Below, piece after piece: positions 40,776 to 56,222 of a stretch of DNA of 64,000 bases. Where the stretch lies: contig OX597823.1 in NCBI GenBank assembly GCA_951406725.2, forward strand, positions 33,108,001 to 33,172,000, written 5' to 3'. The notes under the pieces are model-generated. The model saw only the letters and a program-made list of their open reading frames with translations. It did not search any database and was not told the origin of the DNA. The first letter of the stretch is position 1; the number at the start of each line of letters is the position of its first letter. This DNA is from Octopus vulgaris. Its lineage: Eukaryota. A program made the position numbers and the translations under genes.

Positions 40776-42126
40776 GGTCTAAAACCAACAAAATATTACT
40801 AAATATTGGATAAACTAATTTCGAGCATTGGGCCTCACAGAGGCAATGACAAATGACTGAGACCTTAGGCAATATGCTGTGCTTGATACTGGTGTCACAC
40901 AACTGGCACCTGTGCCAGTGGCACATAAAAGCACCCATTACACTCTTGGAGTGTTTGGTATTAGGAAAGGCATCCATCTGTAGAAACCATGCCAGTATGG
41001 ACAATGGATGTTAAAAGATGATAATAATACATTTTTTATGAAAAGTTTGGTAAGTAGCACTTTACTGATTGTAGTATATATATTTTCATTGAAAGATGTA
41101 TAGCTTGTAGTCTAATTGATCATACAAATGGTGTTTTATGATTATTTCTAAAATCTGAATTTAATGACAATGTTGAAGGCAGAAAATAATATAAATACTG
41201 AAAGTACTAATCTAAGAATATGGTAATATAATAACATAGAAAACAAATTAAAAGAAAACACATCGCAGAAGATGCTTTACTGTGCTGTACGAAACTATTT
41301 TAAGATCAAGTATAAAGATATTTTAATGTTCTTTACCAATTTAATAGCAAATTCCTGAATTTCTAACTGCTGCTTCTGGTTGGCACAATTTTTGAGACAA
41401 ATGACTTTACCAAACAATTTGAAAGCTTGTGATTCCACCGTTAGGTTTGAAGCAATCTCTGAACTGTAACGTAGTAATAGCAGGTTCAGGGAATCATGTT
41501 GGCATTGAGTAAGGGACTTGTTTTTTAGCATGTCCAGCAAACGACTCAGTAATGGCATCAGCTGAGACATCAGTTCCTGTAATGAGTAAACACACGAAGA
41601 ACAGAAGAGATTAGACATACATGTATTGTGACATAGGATTCAATACAAAAAGAGAGAGACAAGTGAGGGAAGAACAAACAAGGTGTATTAGCTTCACACT
41701 CAGGAAGTATGGAAGAGCCTTTGCTGTTTTGAAGAATCTATGCCTCTTCTACAGAAAGGAATGAAGAAAGAAAATGGAGAGGTGGGGAAAGATAGAGAGA
41801 AAATATACATACATATATATATATATATGTATATGCATGTATCATCATCATCATCATTTAGCATCCGCTTTCCATGCTAGCACGGGTTGGACGGTTCAAC
41901 TGGGGTCTGGGAAGCCAGAAGGCTGCACCAGGCCCAGTCTGATCTGGCAATGTTTCTATGGCTGGATGCCCTTCCTAACGCCAACCACTCTGTGAGTGTA
42001 GTGGGTGCTTCTTACGTGCCACCGGCCCAGGTGTCAGACGGGGCTGGCAAACGGCCATGGTCGGATGGTGCTTTTTACGTGCCACTGGCACGGGGACCAG
42101 GCGAGGCTGGCATGTATGTATGTATG

Positions 42127-42167
<41 letters not shown>

Positions 42168-45100
42168 TGAAAAAATGTATGGTAAACAAACAAATGACAT
42201 CACATATACTGAATGTAAAAACAAATGAGAGACAAACAGAAGGTCTGTAATTCTTCATCAGTTATCGACCGAATGGTGGTACTCAGCTTCGCACCTTTAA
42301 CAATAAGACTGAGTGTTTCCCATTTGGTTGATAACTGATGAAGAATTAAGCAACTTCTTTCTTTGTCTCCCATCCAGTTGTACGCTCAGCAAACGTTATG
42401 TTGTTTTGTTTATTTACCATACATTTTTCATTTATTAAGTAATGGAACGCAAAACACACCAAATTTGTATTAGCAAATTATATATATATATTCCAGTGTG
42501 GAAGAAAGACTTGGAATTGAAGGGACAGGACTCTACCCAATTCAGGTAAATGGCCCTGCTTGATATGTGGAAAAGGTGTAGGCAGGAATTCCATGCAGTG
42601 TACCAAGTGCAAACTAAGGACACACAGGTAGGTTAATAGAGAAATTAATATTTGTAAATAGATGAACAGATGCCATATAGACCAAGAAATGGATTCTCTC
42701 AAATGTCTTGGAAACTCACTAGATGTAGTAGATAGTTCTTGATACCTAGGCAACCTAATTAAGAGTAGAGGAGGATGTTATGAAAGTGTAGTTGCTACAA
42801 TAAGAATAGAAGTGAGAAAATTCAGAGAGCTATTGTCTCTATTGGCAACAAAAGGTCTCTCTCCAAGTAAAAGACAGATTGTAGGATGCTTGTGTACATG
42901 CAGCAATGCTACATGGAAGTGAAATGTGTATCCTAGATGCAGAGGCATGCAAAGGCTAGAGAGAAATGAAACTAGTATGCTCTGTTGGATGTATAATGTC
43001 AGTGTGTATGTATGAGAAAATTCTAATGTATTGAGAGAAAAATTAGACATAAGAGGAATCTCAAAAGAGATCACCATTCTATGTATATGGATGAGGACAG
43101 TTACATAAGGAAGTAGATGGAACTTGTGAAAGAGGGAGACCCAAGAAAACATGGGATGAAGTGTTGAAGATTGATTTCCAGATGCTAAGCCTTATGATGG
43201 AGATAATTGGTGATCTGGTGTGTTTAAGATGTCTATCACAGCAAAATGATTTCCTAAAACCAATTGGTATGCTTGTACTTGTAGGGACCCTGCCTCCACT
43301 ATACTCTCTCTGCCCCATCAGATATTCCCCCCATTCTCATCCCCTATTTATGGTACCATTTGGTAGCTGTAATCAACTGGGAGCAGAATCAGCACATATC
43401 ACATCCCCTTCCTTCTGGTGGTTATCCCCCACTCCCATTCACTGCTCTCTCTCCCGCCCCTTATACTCCAATCCTAACACCTCTCTTCACTGCTATCATT
43501 CTCAATGCCCTCTCATATCTACCATCATGCCCCACTTACTATGGCCCCTCAAGTACCTCTCTATCTCCCAATCCTCTCCACAGCTCTTACTTTCTGATCT
43601 ATTCTCCTTCGGTCACCTTACCCTCTCCCTACAACCACACTTCAATCCTTGTTCAGCACTCAGTAAGTTCACTTATATCTCTCTTCATTAACCATCTGTT
43701 ACTCCTTCCTCACCTTCTTATGAGAAGTACCCATTCTCTCATCCTCTCCCAAGACCCATTGTCTCTATCCTCTTTTACCTTGAAAATTTGCTCGAACACT
43801 CCATCACTACCTTCCTTCTATCTCCCCTATTGCAAAACACCTGTGCTTGTCCCTGTCATACTTTAGCCTTTCAACACCTGGCATAAAGCCACCCACCTCC
43901 ACCTTTCTCTCTTAAATATGCTCAGCAGTAGGAGCTTTTTCTTTTTTTTTCTGTCTTACAAGTTTACATGGCAACCTCACTAATGCCTGCAGAACAAAAA
44001 AAACAACAAAAAACACCCAGTCCATATTGTATAGTGGTTGGCATTAGGAAAGACATCCAGTGATAGAAGCAATGCTAAAGCAGGCACTGGAGTATGATGT
44101 AGTTCTCAGACACATCAGATCCTGTCAAACTGTCCAACCCATGCCAGCATGGAACATGGATGTTAAATGATGACAATAGCTTAAGACCCGGCAAATAAAG
44201 TGAGTTCACAGATGTAAACTACACTAGTGTCGCATAATCAGCCCACTCAAAAGTACCTTGGATCATAGGGTGACATGCTTTGTTTGAGGAGACCTATTGA
44301 GCCAAGTACATCGAAATCAAATGGATCCCCATGCTGGTGGCACATAAAAAGCACCAACTGAACATGGCTGATGCCAGCTATGCTTTGACTGGCTTCCATG
44401 CTGGTGACATACAAAAAGCACCAACCGATCGTGGTCGTTGCCGACCCCCTTTGGCCTCTGTGCCAGTGGCATGTAAAAACACCCACTACACTCTTGGATT
44501 GGTTGGTGTTAGGAAGGCATCCTGCTGTAGAAATACTGCTAGATCAGACTGGAGCCTGGTGCAGCCCCCTGGCCTCCTAGACCCGTCGAACTGCCCAACC
44601 CATGCCAGCATCGAAAACAGACATTAAATGATGATGATGATAAAGATAAGGATGATCATAGGCTTGCTCTACAAAGGCTAGCTTGGGGTTATAAGCAACA
44701 ACAACAATTATTATGGGTAACAAAAAGCAACATGTACATGGATATACAACATACCATATTATTGAATTCCTTGAAGGCCTCCAGCATTGTCTTGATTATA
44801 TAGAATGGAGTGGTTTCCATAATCATCACATTGAAGATGTCTTGTACTGTCCGTTTTCTGGAGGAGCTATCTACGTCTCTCATAGAACTATCAGAATCAT
44901 AGTTTGAGTCATAATTCATCACTTGTCCAATCACCTGAAGAAAGAAAAAAAGGAAAATATTTAATAACAAAGCTGTATACTTCCTTCTGCTTGCAGTCAA
45001 TTGTAAACACACTGATGTCAGCATTCTTCATTCCTTCTTTAACCCTTTTGCTACCATATTTCCCTTCAAATATAATGTTTTTTCTTTAATGAATTTTGAA

Positions 45101-48100
45101 ATTAATGAAGAATTTAGTAAAATAACTGACTACTAAGCTGATGTTTGGAGCACTAGTTAACAGAAAATCTTGATGGAAGATTTTAATTTAGATTATTTTA
45201 AAACAAGAAGTTTATATCACAGAGCTCAAGGGCAGTATCAGGCATGTTGGTATCAGAAGAGTTAACTTGCATGTAACGATGAACTTCCACTCAACTCAAA
45301 TACTCAAGATGCTTGGCTGGAAGGTCTTGCTGCACAGGAAGATTAAATGTTCTCATGAACACTATGATAAAAAACAAATACCAAATTGTTTTTATCAAAA
45401 ACAGCAATGAATTTAAAGAAATGGCTTGTTTATATATCTGCAATAATATCCTCAGTCTATTCACCTAAAAAACCAGAAAATTGTTGAGAGTCAGATTCTT
45501 ATCTGGACATCAAAATCTGACTGAAACCCTTCAAACTTATTATCAGAGATGATGTGGATCAGCTTGTGTTTTGTGAATTGGGAGAAAATGGAATTCAAGG
45601 GAAAAAAATACAGAAAATGAAGTGATTCAAATGAGCCTCATAGATGTAGAGCAATCATCTGAACATTGTATAAAAGCATTTAAATATCTTCTGTCAGGTT
45701 CTTGGAGGTTTAATGTCTATATTGAATCCATTCAGGAGTTTCATATGATTTCTAAATTTCAGATGACTTAAATGATTGTATAAAATAAGCACCAGTGTGT
45801 ATAACATTTATAGCAAATGTGGAATGGCATTAGCCACGATATTTTGTCTCAGAGAAACTTTTCTAAGAGACTTGTATGTTAAAAGACACAGGGCTTTGCT
45901 CAGAATAACAGTGGGTTGCAGTATTTTAATCCAATGCTATTTCAAGTGTGTGTATTAATATAAAATAAGCCTAACCTTAATGATATGACTGATTCATTTG
46001 GTGAGAGAAACAAGTATATATCTGGTTCTATAAGTTGCTTTTCTAGATATAAGCATGCATTGTCAAAATGTTCTGCATTTGGTAAAATGTATTTTAAATG
46101 TAAAAAAGAATCAATTTCAGGCAGTATATAAATCTATGTATTTAATTGTGCATAAAGTTTAAAATCATCAGGCTTGATTATCAATCAAGATAAATCTGTT
46201 AAAGACTGATGAAATGGCTTTTGGGTAGGATGCAAGCTGAGAAAGGTGAGGATATTTCCATATCATCCTTTGGCAGTGAGAATTATGGATGCAATCATCA
46301 TCATCATCATCATCATCGTTTAACGTCCACTTTCCATCGTTTAACGTCCGCTTTCCATTTAATCAAAAATTAAATGTAATGAGAATCATTTCTTCATCTT
46401 GTCGATGTCCCTCAGAAATATGTTGACCATTAGCCAGACCACGTATCGTCACTCTTTTATGGTGAGTCCAATAACAAAAAGCATTTGAGGATGTATAACT
46501 GATGTTAGCATCAAAGTTTGTAATTCAGATTTATGATGCCATAAAAATGGTTACCTCCACAATTGATGTAAATGAAAAGGAATACATCAGGAATACTTTC
46601 ACAGACCAACTACTCTGTATTTGTCAAGGATATATAATCACAACTGAAACAAGATACTATAACACTGAAAGATAAGCCTTGGCAATTGCATGGTGTACTC
46701 AGCATTTACCTGCTTGATCAAAAACTTTAAATTGTTCTCAGATCAGGTAGGCTATTAGGAGTTAATTTCAGCAAAAATTGAGGCTTATCAAAAGCAACAT
46801 TTGCTCACAAAGATGAGCTCATGCTTCTGATATTAGTATAATTTGTGTAAGGTAGTGAGTTGGCAGAAATGCTTAGCAGTATTTTGTTTGCCTCTACATT
46901 CTAAGTTCAAATTCCACTGAGGTTGAATTTGCCTTTCATCCTTTTGGGGTTGATAAATTAAGTACCAGTTGCATACTGGGATTAACCTAATCAACTTCCC
47001 CACTCCCCCAAAATTTTAGGCCTTGTGCCTAGAGTTGAAAAGATTATTATAATTTGTGTATAGTAAGATGTGAATGCCCATAAAATGTATAGGAATTTGT
47101 ATGTAAGTATAATAATGTATATGCATATAGCAGTATGCCTCTGTGTAGCAATGTGTATATGTATACAAGTGTTTGTAAAGTGAAGTGTATGGGAACATAT
47201 GCTTGTCTATATGTGGATGTATTTACAGTGTTTAGGAATATCACAATGTAGTGTATAAGAGTACATGTGAATTGCAAGAATGTGCAGATCTACATTCTAG
47301 CTATAACTTACTCTTGGGAGATCCTCGTATGACTCAATGGTGTCTAGGTCAGCAATCAGTTTCTTCAGAAAATAATGGTAAGGAAGAGTTTTTCTGTGAC
47401 CCTTTGGATACACCACTGGCATACAACTGACAGCAGCTTTCCTGATCATTGACTTCTTGCTGCCAAGTGCAGCAATCATGCTCACCATAACTGGAATGAA
47501 ATAAAATAGAATCAGTGAGTGAGTTTCAAGATAAATCAGAGGGGAAGAAATGTCCCAGACAATAAAGGTAGAATGACAAATAGATACCAGGGAGAACAAC
47601 AACATAATACAGTAGGTAGGGCCAGTCAGATGAGGTTGGTGCCAGTACAGCCTGACTGGCCCCCGTGCCGGTGGCACGTAAAAAGCACCCACTACACTCT
47701 CGGAGTGGTTGGCATTGGGAAGGGCATCCAGCTGTAGAAACTCTGCCAAATCAAGATTGGAGCCTGGTGCAACCATCTGGTTTGCCAGCCCTCAGTCAAA
47801 ATCGTCCAACCCATGCTAGCATGGAAAGCGGATGTTAAACGATGATGATGATGATGAATCATCATTTAGCGCCAGTTGTCCATACTGGTATGGATTGGAC
47901 GGTTTGACTGAGCTGGCATGCTGCACCAGACTCCAGTCTGATTTGGCATGGCTTTCTACAGCTAGATGCCCTTCCTAACGCCAACTACTCCAAGAGTGTA
48001 ATGAGTGCTTTTATGTGCCACCAGAATGCGTGTCATTTGCGTGCCACCAGTATGGGTGCTAATTTGCATGACACCAATATCTGCTACGACTACAATTTTG

Positions 48101-51100
48101 CTTGGCTTAATGGGTCTTCTTTTCAAGCACAACATAATGCCAAAGGTCTTGGCCATTGCCTCTGTGAGGCCCAACACTTGAAAGAAAGTAAGCCACCTTT
48201 CCTCTGTGAGGCCCAGCACTTGAAAGGAGGCTCGTGGTTAATTGTGTAAGTATAAGATATCATATATATATATATATATATCCAATCTCTGTTAGATGGC
48301 ACAAGCACTTACACACACACTTCATAGATATCTTTAATACTGCAGGTATAAATACCATAAAACATACATCTTATCATCATCATCATCGTTTAACGTCCGT
48401 TCTCCATGCTAGCATGGGTTGGACGGTTCGACCGGGGATCTGGGAAGCCAGAAGGCTGCACCAGGCTCCAGTCTTATATGGCAATGTTTCTACAGCTGGA
48501 TGCCCTTCCTAACGCCAACCACTCCGTGAGTGTAGTGGGTGCTTTTTACGTGCCAGGCGAGGCTGGCAACGGCCATGGTCGGATTGGTGCATTTTACGTG
48601 CCACCGGCACGGAAGCCAGTCGAGGCGGCGCTGGCATCGGCCACGAGTCGGATAGTGCTTTTTACGTACCACCAGACCAGGGGTCCTGGCTGGTTCAATT
48701 CGATTTCGATGTTAATTGTGCACTCCATTCAAATTTAGTTGACCTGGACTAAACAACAACTGTAGCTACCAATATTAAATGCTTTAACCACCTATACTAA
48801 GTACTAGAGCTCCAAACACTACCAACTACTTTAACCACCAATACTAACTACAATCATTTCCACCACCAAATCTAACAACAACAGCTATTAACACCAATTA
48901 CTTTAGCCATTATAACTAAATACCAAACCATTAATTGTTAATTAATGAAGCTAACATTTTCGTCAACAATTTAACCTTTAACTTTTGGAAATCATTATCA
49001 GAGTAATTAACTTCTGCTACATTTAACATCCATTAACTTCAATTCAATTCTATAGTTTTAAAAGGTGTTTTTAGAGCAAAAAAACTGAATTTTATTATTT
49101 TTTCTATAATAAAAATTAACGTTAATGGTTTATCGATAAGTTCCGCTATATTTTTAAAGAACTGATTAACGGTTATCAAAGTTAATTTTTTTGGTTAATG
49201 AAGTTAAATTTTTGATTAACGGCACCCACCTTTGCTAAATATTATTCAGATTGCTTCCAGTCATCTCATGTGACTTCTTTTCTTTTTCTTATATTGTGGA
49301 CAATGGCACTGGGGATGGGATTATGGTGAGTATGGGGATCAGTAATAGTAGTTGTGGGTAGGGTAAATAGAGGTAGTGGTTTGGTGGGTGGGATGAAAAA
49401 GTAATGAGAAGCAGAGTAAAGCGGGTAGTGAGGAGTAGGAAGAAACGGTAGTAATGGCAGGTAATGGTTATGGCAGTAGTGGTAGGCAAGGGTCATGGTG
49501 ATGTCTGAAATATTCTTTTCTACTCTAGGCACAAGGCCCGAAATTTTTGGGAGGGGGCCAGTCAATTAGATTGACCCCAGCATGCAACTGGTACTTAATT
49601 TATCAATCTCGAAAGGATGAAAGGCAAAGTCAACCTTGGTGGAATTTGAACTCAGAATGTAAAGACAAATGAAATACCGCTAAGCATTTCGCCTGGCGTG
49701 CTAATTATTCTGCCAGCTCACCACCATGTGATGTCTGAAATATTGAGAAAGTGAAGTGTTTCTACTAACCTGGTACAGGAGACAACATCCACTTGTGAAC
49801 ATAGTTCGGATCAACAGATTTAATCCATATGTAACCCGTCTTTAGAGCACTAAGTTGCTGCTGGCTTATGATGTGGGCAGCAGATCGTTGCTGCATGTCT
49901 GCTGTCCACAAGAAACACAAGAATTTATCAAATACATCATATTTGACCAATTCCTGAAAACAAAGATAAAAAAAATGTAAGTCAATAAAGTATTTATTTT
50001 ATGGACAGAAATAAAATAAAGTAGAATTATAAGATATATTTTATCAGTGAATGATGAATTCAACTTGAGATGAGAGAACAGGAGGTTGTGATGTTCATCA
50101 TCATCATTCTAATGTCCAGTCTTCCATGCTGGCACTGGGTCAGATGGAATTCATTGAGACAGATTTTCTACAATTGGATGTCTTTCTTGATGCCAACCCT
50201 CATCTGTTTCCAAGTTGATATTCCCCTTCAACCAGATATATTTTCATGGACAATGGAAATACAAGACACTGTTCGTGTGATGGTGACATTCACTCACAGC
50301 TATCATGTGATGTCAAGGCAAGGACACCTTAACACACGCACACATCTATACATACAATGGTCTTCTTTTCAATTTCCATCTACCAAATCTACTCATAAGG
50401 CTTTGGTCGACATGGGGCTATAATGGAAGACAGCCAAAGTACCACACAATGGCACTGAACACAAAATCATGTGGCTGGAAAGCAAACTTCTTATCACACA
50501 GCCACATCTGGTTTTCTTAATGTATTAGTAAAGAAATAAAATAGTTACATCCATCCAACTACTGCTATAGAAGTAGAGGCACATGGCTTAGTGGTTAGTG
50601 CAGCGGACCTGCAGGCGAGGGATTGCGTATTTGAATCTCAGACTGGGCGATGTGTGTGTTTATGAGCGAAACACCTAAGTGTCATGCAGCTCTGGTAGAA
50701 GGTAATGGCGAACTTCTGACTCTTTCGTCATAACTTTCTCGCACTCTTTCCTCCTGCAACGGACCGGTGTCCCATCCAGGTGAGGAACCTACACACCAAT
50801 GAAACGGCCCTTATGAGCCAGGCACGGCTCAAGAAGGAACGAACAACAACTGCTATAGAGAGAAAGGACAACTTCCATGGCTCTTTGGGGAGTGGTGGGA
50901 AGTTATTCCGAAACCAGAGAATGATTCAAATGCTTGCAACTGAGTGAATTTCCCTTAAAAGAAGCTGAAAGCCAGGTGGTCCCTAATATTTACCTTAACT
51001 CTTCCTAGATTGGACACAACTGAAGTTGTGCAACCTCCCTGTAGCTCCACCTATATCCCAGACAAACCATTCTTTTGACATATAAAATCACATATTTGTG

Positions 51101-53565
51101 AGGGAATAGTGTAGTCAGCTGATCCCAAAACCAATATATTACAGAGAGTTTTTGATGGGTCTTGGAAAGATGAATGGTAAAGTTAATTCTGGTGGAATTT
51201 GAACTCAAAACATAGGGAGACTGTTAAACATTTAATATAACATTCTAGTATTCTACAGCCTTGTTCACCATGCTCAATGAAATTGGTTGTGAATGTATTT
51301 CCAAAGTGTTCACGAGACATCAGAATGGAGAAGCTGCTGGGTGGAAGAAATGGAGTGAGAGAAGAGGTGAACAAACGAAACAAGATGACATTGATGAAAT
51401 ATATTTATTTGTATGTCACAGCTGTTCCTACATTTTATGATGTCATAGCTGTCACTCGTTAATACCATAGTCGTCTCAACACTTTTATGATTTCACACCT
51501 GTTTTACATTTTACAATGCTTTAGCTAGAGCTAACACTACATTTTATAGTAGTATGTCACAGTAGTGTTAACAGTCTGAGATCATATTTATACAGAAATG
51601 TAATGTATATATTAGAGGAGAATTAAAAAAACCAAAAGAAGCAATCTATAAATGTATTCTTTTGTGTTGTCATGAGACTGCGATGTAGTTTAAAGGGCAC
51701 CAGCAGGCAAATCATTTTGAATACCCAAACACAGATGACAATACTTACCCCGAAAAAGACATTGACCAAATTTGATTCTGAAGCTTTAAATTTCTTGTAT
51801 TTTTCTGTGTATTTTACCAAAAGTCCAAACAGTTGAATGATCAGTTGTATACAAGTATCATGGACACCGTTGTTGTTGTAGTACTCCCAAAATATGGTAC
51901 CTAAAACAACAGAAACTTAGAACTGAGACATGAAACCATTAATGCTCCAAGTGAGATATCACAAACAAACCGACAGAAGTTCTGAGGTATGACAATGACC
52001 AGATAAGATGACAGACAATGGAATGGGATGAGAGAAAGCAAACACACATGCATGTGCACACGGAAATATATATATACTAGTAAATGCACCCGTCCTTTGG
52101 ACTGTTTAAGTTGCTTTGGTGGTATTTTTTTCACCAAATAATTGAACTACCAAGAAGGTTTATGAGTAACACAGCAATCTATGTTTCCGATTAACACAGG
52201 AACAGAAAACCAAATTGAAGGCTAGTTATTGTGGAGGTCGTTGCACTCTAATGATCATAAAACATATAAGTTTGCAAGCAATGCAAAGTAGAGCTACTGA
52301 AGTGTTTTGAGAGTAGATTATGGATAATGACCACAAAATATAGTTGTTTTACATGAAAGTGAAATTTCTTGTGATTGTTTAAAAGAAGCTAGAACGACAA
52401 TGCTAAAACATATTTGAAACAATGGACAACAGTCAAAATATCATAATGGATGGATAAATAAGCATTGCTTAAAGTGAAACAATGCAGTGGTAGGTAAACA
52501 AAGGTATCAACAAATAGAAGAGAGGGAAGGGGACATCACCTTTGAAAGGTAAAGGTAAGCTTGCCAAAGTTTAATGCAGTTTAAATAGGGAGATTAACAT
52601 TGTTTGGTATTGGATATTCATTGTGTACAAATCACTGTCGAAGGTGAACAGTTGAAATATATAAATATAATATTCTCTAACTGAAACACTCAAACAATAC
52701 ACACCAATACACATATAAAAAAAGTTTAGAAAGTAATAATACACAATTACAACATATAAATGAAAAAAAAAATGTGAAAACCACTAAAAATATTCTCTAA
52801 TGCCAATATACGTCTATACAGTAAAAAAGTATGGAAGACCCTACAAAAAACTATGTACATACAATGAATTAGAGAAAAACCTGTGTAAACCACTGTTTTT
52901 CCTGGTTTGTCCATTTATGTGGGAGCTCTGGGCAAAATATAGTGCATGACCATCCTTGGGACATAAGTAATGTGTGCGTAAAGTTTGGTGAAAATCAGTT
53001 GAGAATTGAGGAAAAGTTTGCCATAGTCAATATACACACACATAATGTGATTTATATATACTAGATAAATGCACACACACACATATTTAGAGAAAGAGAG
53101 AGAGAGAGAGAGTGAGAGAGAAACATTAAAATGTTTGATGTTGCCAAAATGTCTTTTGACAGAAAGACAGTCAGATAGAGATCTTGAGGTGTGATAGTGA
53201 CTGGATTGAATGACAGACACAGACAGACATAAATATGTGATAGTAAGTGAAAGAGACATAGATTACTGTGACATATTTAAGAAATTTATTTGCAATGTCT
53301 TCATATTCTTGCAATAAAAAATCAAAATCTCTGGTCCTACTTGATATGGTCTAATCATGGTTGAAGGCCCCAGAAGCAAATTAACAGGTGCTGAGGCCTG
53401 GAATGTGATGCAAATCAGTTGACTCAGACTTCAACAACAGCACTAATAATAATGATTTCTAACTTTGGCATCATGCAAGAAATGTTGGAGTAAGGATATT
53501 GTAAGTTTAGTCTACCCAGGTATCTGATTGATTTTGGTAAAATTTGAAATCAAAATGCCTTGATA

Positions 53566-53601
<36 letters not shown>

Positions 53602-55892
53602 TCTAACTTTGGTAAAAGGCCAGCAATTATGTGGGCAGGAGACAAGTTGATTACAACAATCTCAGTACTTGACCGATATATATATTTTCAATCCTGAAAG
53701 GATGAAAAGCAAGGTCAACTGCAATGGAATTTGAACTCAGAATGTAATGGGTTGGAAGAACAAATAGTACAAAGCATTTGGTCTGATGCTCTAACAATTC
53801 TGTTAGCTTATTGCTGCAATAATAATAATAATAATAATAAATGCCCTGATGCAGTACCAGGCAGTGGCTCTCGTGGCTTCTGATCTTAACTGATTGGAAG
53901 TGTTATAATGTATATTGTTTTGTCTTGGTATAAAAGATGGGCTACAGCAAACATTCTGCTCAATACCACAGATTTGCTTGTCAGTTGTTTGACCTTAACC
54001 AGTTGACCATGTCCCTTAGTGGCTGACGATATGTGCATCTCTGATCATGAGCAGTAGTGGGGGAGCATCATGGCTGTGTGTTGAAAGGAATTCTTGGAGG
54101 TTTGGACAATTCACCTTTGGTAACATGGGTGGTTCGTCTAACATCCTTAAACAATCCTTATTAAGGGGCCTTTTAAGTGGCTGGGCTACTCGACTAGAAG
54201 AAAATTCTAACTGGGCCCCACCTGCAAGGTCATGCGCTGTTTATCTTGATATGAGATCACCATGTCGCGCACATATGGTTGTGATGCATGTGCCTGGTGT
54301 ACCCTTATCAGACGGGTAGTCATGATGGGTATACAGGGCTTTGTATATTTTACCCCACTTTGATGGCATGCACTGCTCTCTCACTCAATAATAATAATAA
54401 TAATAATTCCTTCTACTATAGGCATGAGGCCTGAAATTTTGGAGGAGAGGGAGAGTTGATTACATTGACCCCAGCATGTAACTGGTACTTAATTTTTCAA
54501 CCCTGAAAAGTTGAAAGGCAAAGTCAACCTCGGTGGAATTTGAATTCAGAACATAGTGACAGGTGAAATACCACTAAGCATTTCATTGAACGTGCTAACC
54601 TTAATAATGATAATAATAATACCCCAGGTGTTGGGAAGACACATGGCAGGAAATAGAAATAAAATTGAAAGCAGAAAAATAACGAAGACAATAATAATAA
54701 TAATCGGCTGGATTTATGTGGGTAGCGGGTTAGTGCCTGAAACCATAGGTATCCGTACGTTTAGAGTTCCAAGGTTACATGTAGTAACCCACTATCCACA
54801 TAAATCCAAACAGGAATAAAACTGAACCTGAGCCAAAACCAAAATATTAATAATATTAGTTTCAAATTTCAGCACAGGGCCAGCAATTTTGTGGTAGGGG
54901 ATATTGATAACACTGACCTCAACTGGTTCTTATTTTATTGATTCTAGAAGGATCAAAACTTAAATATTTAAGATCAATATTATCAAATATCAAAAAGTGA
55001 GAAACCAGAAGGTATTTTTGTACCTTAATAATAATTACCTTTTGTTAAGGAATCGACTATTGTCAGAGAATCAATGAATTTTTCCAAAAATACTGCACAA
55101 TGTCTGACCTGTGCATCTTTGTCCATGCCAACTGAACCTTGTCTCAAGACAATTTCTTCATGAAATGGCTTCTTTCCAGCAATTTGTTTCTGAAAGAAGT
55201 GGAAAAGCATCAAGAATTTCAAAATAACAGAATGCTTTAAAAAAAGAGAGAGAGAAACTGTTTCTCTATTGACAGACCAGGTGGGGCTGGGCATAGCAGA
55301 AGCTATGGTGGTAACATGTAATTAGGTTTATAACAAACTGTAGAACAACTTCACAGTCACAACTGTCTCAAATGTAATTTTGCAACAAAAGATCCAAACA
55401 AGTGTAGAGTTTAATCCTGGCTGGTGCTTTAAAGGCAGAACGGCTTATCTAAGTCATTTTTGGAAAGTTACAACAGACCCTTTGTTTATATAATGCAGTT
55501 GGAATATTTATAAAGATTGAAAATAGAGGCTTGTGAATGGATTTGGTACAGAGAAACTGTACGGAAATCCCTCTTATAAACATATGTATAAATACATTTA
55601 TTATATTCTTCGTTGAACATTTACTTTGATATTATCTATCTCTGACATTGAATTTTATGTGAACATTTGATCATTTAAATGTTTGTTTGATTTCTACTTT
55701 GTAATTTTAAACTCTGTTAAATTACCATTGTTTTATATACATTTATACCATTGATAAACAAAAAGTTGTTGAAACTAGTTAGGCATGTATGTAAATAAAT
55801 CTATTTAAAAACAACTACAAGTTTTTCAAATTCAGGTACATTTTCAAAAACAAATCCTCCTGTATTTTTCCTGCATGGGAATACACCTCTTC

Positions 55893-55946
<54 letters not shown>

Positions 55947-56185
55947 TCATCATCATCATCACAGTTTAACGTCTGTTTTCTATGCTGGCAGATCAGTAGG
56001 CTGCAGCAGGCTCCAATCTAATCTGACAAAGTTTCTACAACTGGATGTCCTTCCTAGCACCAACCACTCCAAGAGCGTAATGGGTGATTCTTATGTGTCA
56101 CTGGCAAGAAAGCCAGTCAGGTGGCACTGGCATTGACCAGTTCGGACGGTACTTTTTACGTGCCACTGGCATGGGAGCCAGTCAA

Positions 56186-56222
<37 letters not shown>

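Noticed and set aside
43161-43866. Longest ORFs in the track (176 and 168 aa)
   Set aside because: They span an RTE 3' remnant and CT-rich low-complexity sequence, with no domain-like content.
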